Of a DNA stretch of 64,000 nt, positions 60,133-64,000 are shown piece after piece; position 1 is the first letter of the stretch, and each line of letters starts with the position of its first letter. The DNA comes from Candidatus Peregrinibacteria bacterium (GTDB lineage Bacteria > Patescibacteriota > Gracilibacteria > UBA1369), in NCBI GenBank assembly GCA_963708185.1, contig OY970195.1:348004-412003 (forward strand), written 5' to 3'. The position numbers and the translations under genes were made by a program. Below the pieces are notes generated by a model, which was not told where the DNA came from, searched no databases, and saw only the letters and a program-made list of their open reading frames with translations.

Positions 60133-61437
60133 TCAGACGAAGATCATTTCATCACGACCTACGCCGGTCCCGATGAAATCGATGCTACAGCCCAGGAGTT
60201 CCTCGATTTTTTTTACGTAATTCCGCGCGTGCTGGGGCAGGTCTTTGAAGGATTTGGCGTTTTTAATTGAGGTCTTCCATCCGGGGAAGCTCGATGTATT
60301 CGACTTCGATTTCGGCGAGCACGTCGGCCGATGCGGGGAAGCTTTCGAGCTTCTTGCCTTTATGGAAATAAGCGACGGCGATTTTGAGCGAATCCATTTC
60401 ATCCAGGACGTCGAGTTTGGTGAGGTTCACACTGTCCATGCCGTTAATCATCACGGAATATTTTGAGGCGACGGCGTCGAACCAACCGCAGCGGCGCGGG
60501 CGACCCGTCGTGGAACCGAACTCTCCTCCCGTTTTGCGGATTTTTTCTCCGAGTTCATTGTCCAGTTCGGTGGGGAAGGGCCCGCGCCGACACGGGTTGA
60601 ATAAGCCTTCATGATACCGATGATTGAACTGAGTTTTGTGGCGCCGACGCCTGACCCGGCGATGATTCCGCCGATGGAAGCGTTGGATGAGGTCACGAAA
60701 GGGTATGTGCCGTGGTCGACGTCGAGCAGCGTGGCATTGGCTCCTTCCATGAGGATTTTTTTGCCGGAAACGATGGCTTTGTTGACAAGTAAAGCGGTAT
60801 CCGCAATGTAAGGTTTGATTTCGCCGACGATATCGCGGTACAGGTTCAGTTCGGCTTCAACGTCAAAAATGAAGTCGTACGTCTTTTGGAGCATGGAGAC
60901 GTTCTCTCTCATGTGTTCCTCGAATTTATGGAAATCCAGAAGTTCGTTCACGCGGATGCCGATGCGGGAGATCTTGTCGGTATAGGCGGGGCCGATGCCT
61001 CTTCTCGTGGTGCCGACCTTTTTCTTCCCTTTGCGTTCTTCCTGGATCCCGTCGATTATTTTGTGGTATTCAAAGATAAGATGCGCCCGGTCGGAGATAA
61101 AAACTCTCCCCTGGACGTCAATACCTCCTTGTTTCAGTACTTTGACCTCTTCAAGGAATGTCGGGAGATGGACAACGCATCCGTTCCCGATGACGTTCAT
61201 GGTGTCAGGATACAAAGCTCCCGACGGCATCAAATGAAAAATGTATTTTTTGTATTCGTCCGGTTTGGAAGGGTCTTTGACGTAGACGGTGTGGCCGGCG
61301 TTCGCCCCTCCGGTGGCGCGGACCACGAAGTCATACTCTTCGGCCATAATATCGACGAGTTTTCCTTTTCCTTCGTCACCCCATTGACCGCCGACAATTG
61401 CGCATACATTCCCGTGTTTTTGAAGATAATCAGCCAT
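60133..61437 (-). pseudogene. purA: adenylosuccinate synthetase, broken by two compensating frameshifts in this sequence (true pseudogene or homopolymer indel errors)
   Basis: N-terminal frame: GGQWGDEGKGK, GGANAGHT ... STRVGAGP. The middle ~105 codons lie in another frame: [36 protein letters not shown]...NLTKLDVLD...YIELP. The C-terminal part returns to the first frame: [31 protein letters not shown]. The junctions are near 60572-60583 and at the GGGG run 60283-60286. Confidence 0.85.
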
Positions 61438-61574
61438 GGAGTGTGAATTTTAAGAGTATGGACGCATGAACATTATCATGTCCTTGTTCGAAAAAAAAGT
61501 TTTTCAAAAGCAGGTTTGAAATGGTCCCTGAGCTATGGTAAATTTCGGGTGTTTTATAAGCTTATCTTAAAGAT

Positions 61575-62540
61575 ATGATTGATCAGAGAGATCTTATCGC
61601 CCAGATTCCCAGCTGTTTGGACAAAACGGATTTCCCGCAACTTGGTGAGAAATATGAAGGCAAGGTTCGTGACAATTATATTAAGGGTGATCGACGTGTT
61701 TTGATTGCGAGCGATCGTCTTTCGGCGTTTGATAAGGTCATCTGTACCATTCCCTTCAAGGGACAGGTTTTAACGCAAATGGCGAAATTTTGGTTTGAGC
61801 ATACCCACGACATTATCGGCAATCACGTCATGGAGTACCCGGATCCTAACGTTCTCGTCGCCAAACAATGTAAACCTTTACCGATCGAAATGGTTGTCAG
61901 AGGATATATCACGGGAGTCACCTCGACGAGCGCCTGGTATAACTATGAAAAAGGTGTCCGTGATTTTTGCGGCAACATTTTACCCGACGGGCTGAAGAAG
62001 AATCAGAAGTTTGACAAGCCCATTCTTACTCCTTCGACAAAAGCGGAGCACGGTGACCACGACGAGTCGGTTTCCCGTGAGGAAATCCTTAAGCGCACTA
62101 CGCTTACCCCCGAGCAGTACGACAAGATCGCCGAGGCTTCATTGAAGCTTTACCAACGTGGCGTCGAGATCGCCGCGAAGCAGGGGATTATTCTTGTTGA
62201 TACCAAATATGAGTTCGGGACGACTCCTGAAGGCGAGATCGTCGTGATCGACGAGATCCATACTCCCGACTCTTCACGTTTCTGGTTCGCCAACGAATAC
62301 GATAAACGTTTCGCTGCCGGCGAAGAACAGAAGAAAATCGATAAAGAGTACCTGCGTGAATGGCTTGCCGAGCACGGTTTCCGCGGTGACGGCGAGGTTC
62401 CTCATATTCCTGATGAAATCAGAGCGGAAACGGCCCGACGCTATATTGAAGCTTTTGAGCTTATTACCGGCCAGACTTTCCAGGCTGAAGTCGGATCGGT
62501 CATTGACCGAATCACCAAGAATATTCAACAATACATGTAA
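61575..62540 (+). CDS. purC: phosphoribosylaminoimidazole-succinocarboxamide (SAICAR) synthase, long form
   Basis: 321 aa. Carries YEGKVRDNY, LIASDRLSAFD, TKAEHGDHDE, LVDTKYEFG and DEIHTPDSSRFW. Confidence 0.93.
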   Translation: MIDQRDLIAQIPSCLDKTDFPQLGEKYEGKVRDNYIKGDRRVLIASDRLSAFDKVICTIPFKGQVLTQMAKFWFEHTHDIIGNHVMEYPDPNVLVAKQCKPLPIEMVVRGYITGVTSTSAWYNYEKGVRDFCGNILPDGLKKNQKFDKPILTPSTKAEHGDHDESVSREEILKRTTLTPEQYDKIAEASLKLYQRGVEIAAKQGIILVDTKYEFGTTPEGEIVVIDEIHTPDSSRFWFANEYDKRFAAGEEQKKIDKEYLREWLAEHGFRGDGEVPHIPDEIRAETARRYIEAFELITGQTFQAEVGSVIDRITKNIQQYM

Positions 62541-62593
62541 CGGATCGTGCCGTTGTTGCCTTTTACTTATCTCTACTCTCTCAATTTCCAATT

Positions 62594-63061
62594 ATGGCAG
62601 ACACAATGATTGTTCCACTCCTTCTCGGTTCCGAAAAAGACAGAGACTGGGCCAAGAAAATTACCGATGGTCTCGATGAATGGAATATTCCCCATAAAGT
62701 GATCGTGGTATCGGCTCACAAAGTTCCCGAACTTCTGATCAAGGTTATTGCGGAGTATAACGGTTTTGACGGTCAAGTTTGCTATGTGACCATTGCGGGT
62801 CGTTCCAACGGTCTTTCCGGTTGCACGGCGGGTTCATCGTATCATCCTGTGATCGCTTGTCCTCCCTTCGCGGATAAGGATGACATGATGGTCAATATCA
62901 ACTCAACTCTGCAGATGCCTTCGGATACGCCCGTGTTGACCGTTCTTGATCCCGTGAACGTGGTCATGAACATCGTGAGAATTTTTGCTCTCGGCAATCC
63001 TGAACTTCGTAAAAAATATGAAGAGCACGTTCAGAAGGTAAAAGCCTCTTTCAAAATTTAA
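62594..63061 (+). CDS. purE: AIR carboxylase, class II PurE-like
   Basis: 155 aa. LLLGSEKD, VVSAHKVPE and TIAGRSNGLSG...PVIACPP resemble the class II pattern (SAHK / AGRSNGLG) rather than class I (SAHRTP / AGGAAHLPG). Confidence 0.8.
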   Translation: MADTMIVPLLLGSEKDRDWAKKITDGLDEWNIPHKVIVVSAHKVPELLIKVIAEYNGFDGQVCYVTIAGRSNGLSGCTAGSSYHPVIACPPFADKDDMMVNINSTLQMPSDTPVLTVLDPVNVVMNIVRIFALGNPELRKKYEEHVQKVKASFKI

Positions 63062-63091
63062 TTTTTTTCCCACGACCGCATGCGAGACCCC

Positions 63092-64000
63092 ATGTATAAT
63101 ATTTCTCCCCTGGATGGGCGTTATGACAAAAAAGTCGAGGGGTTACGCCAGTATTTTTCGGAAGCAGCTCTCATAAGATACCGTATCTATGTGGAAATCG
63201 AGTGGTTTCTTTTTTTATGTAATGGCCTGAAGCTTACGGGAACGAAAGAGTGGAAGCTAAAGGAAATTAAACAACTTCGTTCAATATACGAATTTTTCGA
63301 CGCAACGGCCGCCAATAGGGTCAAAGAGATCGAAAAAACCACCAATCATGATGTCAAAGCTGTTGAGTACTATATAAAGGAGAGCCTGAAAGGGTCTTCT
63401 TTTGAACCATACTTTGAATTTATCCATTTTGCCTGCACTTCCGAGGACATCAATAATCTTTCTTACGCCCTCATGATTAGGGACGGTTTGCTGGGAGAAG
63501 TTATTCCATCGTTTACTGGAGTTTTGCAAGTTCTGGCAAGTCTTGCGTTGAAATATAAAAGTGTTGCAATGATGGCCCGGACACACGGTCAACCGGCTAC
63601 ACCTACAACACTTGGGAAGGAGTTCGTCAACGTGCTGGCGAGACTTCATGACCAGCTGGAAAGTTTAACGATGGTCAGGATTTTAGGAAAAATCAATGGT
63701 GCCGTTGGAAATTTTAATGCTCATGTTGTGGCTTACCCAAAAATAAACTGGATTGAGGCGAGCAAAAAATTTATTCACACTTTAGGGCTTGAACCGAACT
63801 TTTATACCACCCAAATTGAACCCCATGACTACGTTGCTGAACTGTTCGATGCCATGCGCCGAATGAACACAATCCTTTTGGATTTGAACAGGGATGTCTG
63901 GACCTATATCAGTCTTGGTTATTTCAAACAAAAGCTGAAAGCAGGGGAGGTTGGTTCCTCTACGATGCCCCATAAAGTTAATCCCATTGATTTTGAAAAC
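63092..64000 (+). CDS. purB: adenylosuccinate lyase, 5' part; the gene runs off the right edge
   Basis: An open frame from the ATG at 63092 (alternative 63080) to the window end. Carries ISPLDGRYDKKV, TNHDVKAVEYY, HFACTSEDINN, ARTHGQPATPTTLGKE and GSSTMPHKVNPIDFEN. Confidence 0.9.
   Translation, partial: MYNISPLDGRYDKKVEGLRQYFSEAALIRYRIYVEIEWFLFLCNGLKLTGTKEWKLKEIKQLRSIYEFFDATAANRVKEIEKTTNHDVKAVEYYIKESLKGSSFEPYFEFIHFACTSEDINNLSYALMIRDGLLGEVIPSFTGVLQVLASLALKYKSVAMMARTHGQPATPTTLGKEFVNVLARLHDQLESLTMVRILGKINGAVGNFNAHVVAYPKINWIEASKKFIHTLGLEPNFYTTQIEPHDYVAELFDAMRRMNTILLDLNRDVWTYISLGYFKQKLKAGEVGSSTMPHKVNPIDFEN

Overview
This is a chromosomal window that reads in the standard genetic code: long ORFs are intact and there is an RF1 with a GGQ motif. 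It probably comes from a small-genome, surface-layer-bearing bacterium. A CPR/Patescibacteria-like origin is my inference, based on gene content, the unlinked rRNA genes, a 16S variant GGATTAGATACCCCGGTAGTCC and a PrgI/VirB4 remnant.

Housekeeping genes:
- Core functions: gyrB, rpsU, prmC, prfA, nadB, tatD, radA, mutM, clpP, lepA, glyA, an MTHFS-like ligase and htrA.
- A purine block: purA, purC, a class II purE and purB.
- Six tRNAs, all with encoded CCA.
- 16S, 23S and 5S rRNA.

Main observations:
1. The rRNA locus is broken into separate units. About 4.2 kb lies between 16S and 23S, holding five protein genes, tRNA-Ala and tRNA-Ile, a terminator and new promoters. The 23S has its own consensus promoter and boxA.
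2. A standalone operon encodes PrgI plus only the N-terminal domain of VirB4. Next to it, under its own promoter, is a large GGDEF-like protein followed by two small genes, one of them membrane/PH-like.
3. A 1083-aa protein combines GAF-like regions, a class III nucleotidyl cyclase domain and an unassigned C-terminal ~380 aa.
4. A metal-homeostasis neighbourhood contains a Fur-family gene, a COG0701 permease, a TIGR03943 protein, an MgtE-N/CBS protein fused in operon to NRAMP, and a P-type ATPase.
5. Two paralogous SLH-cupredoxin surface proteins are present.
6. A CIRCE-like operator lies upstream of clpP.
7. At least five frame disruptions, four of them at short base runs, affect purA (two), fur, a DUF1025 peptidase and the GGDEF-like gene. 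They are either real pseudogenisation or indel errors.

No CRISPR array, integrase or transposase was seen. All coordinates for RNAs, promoters and terminators are hand-derived and may be off by a few nucleotides.
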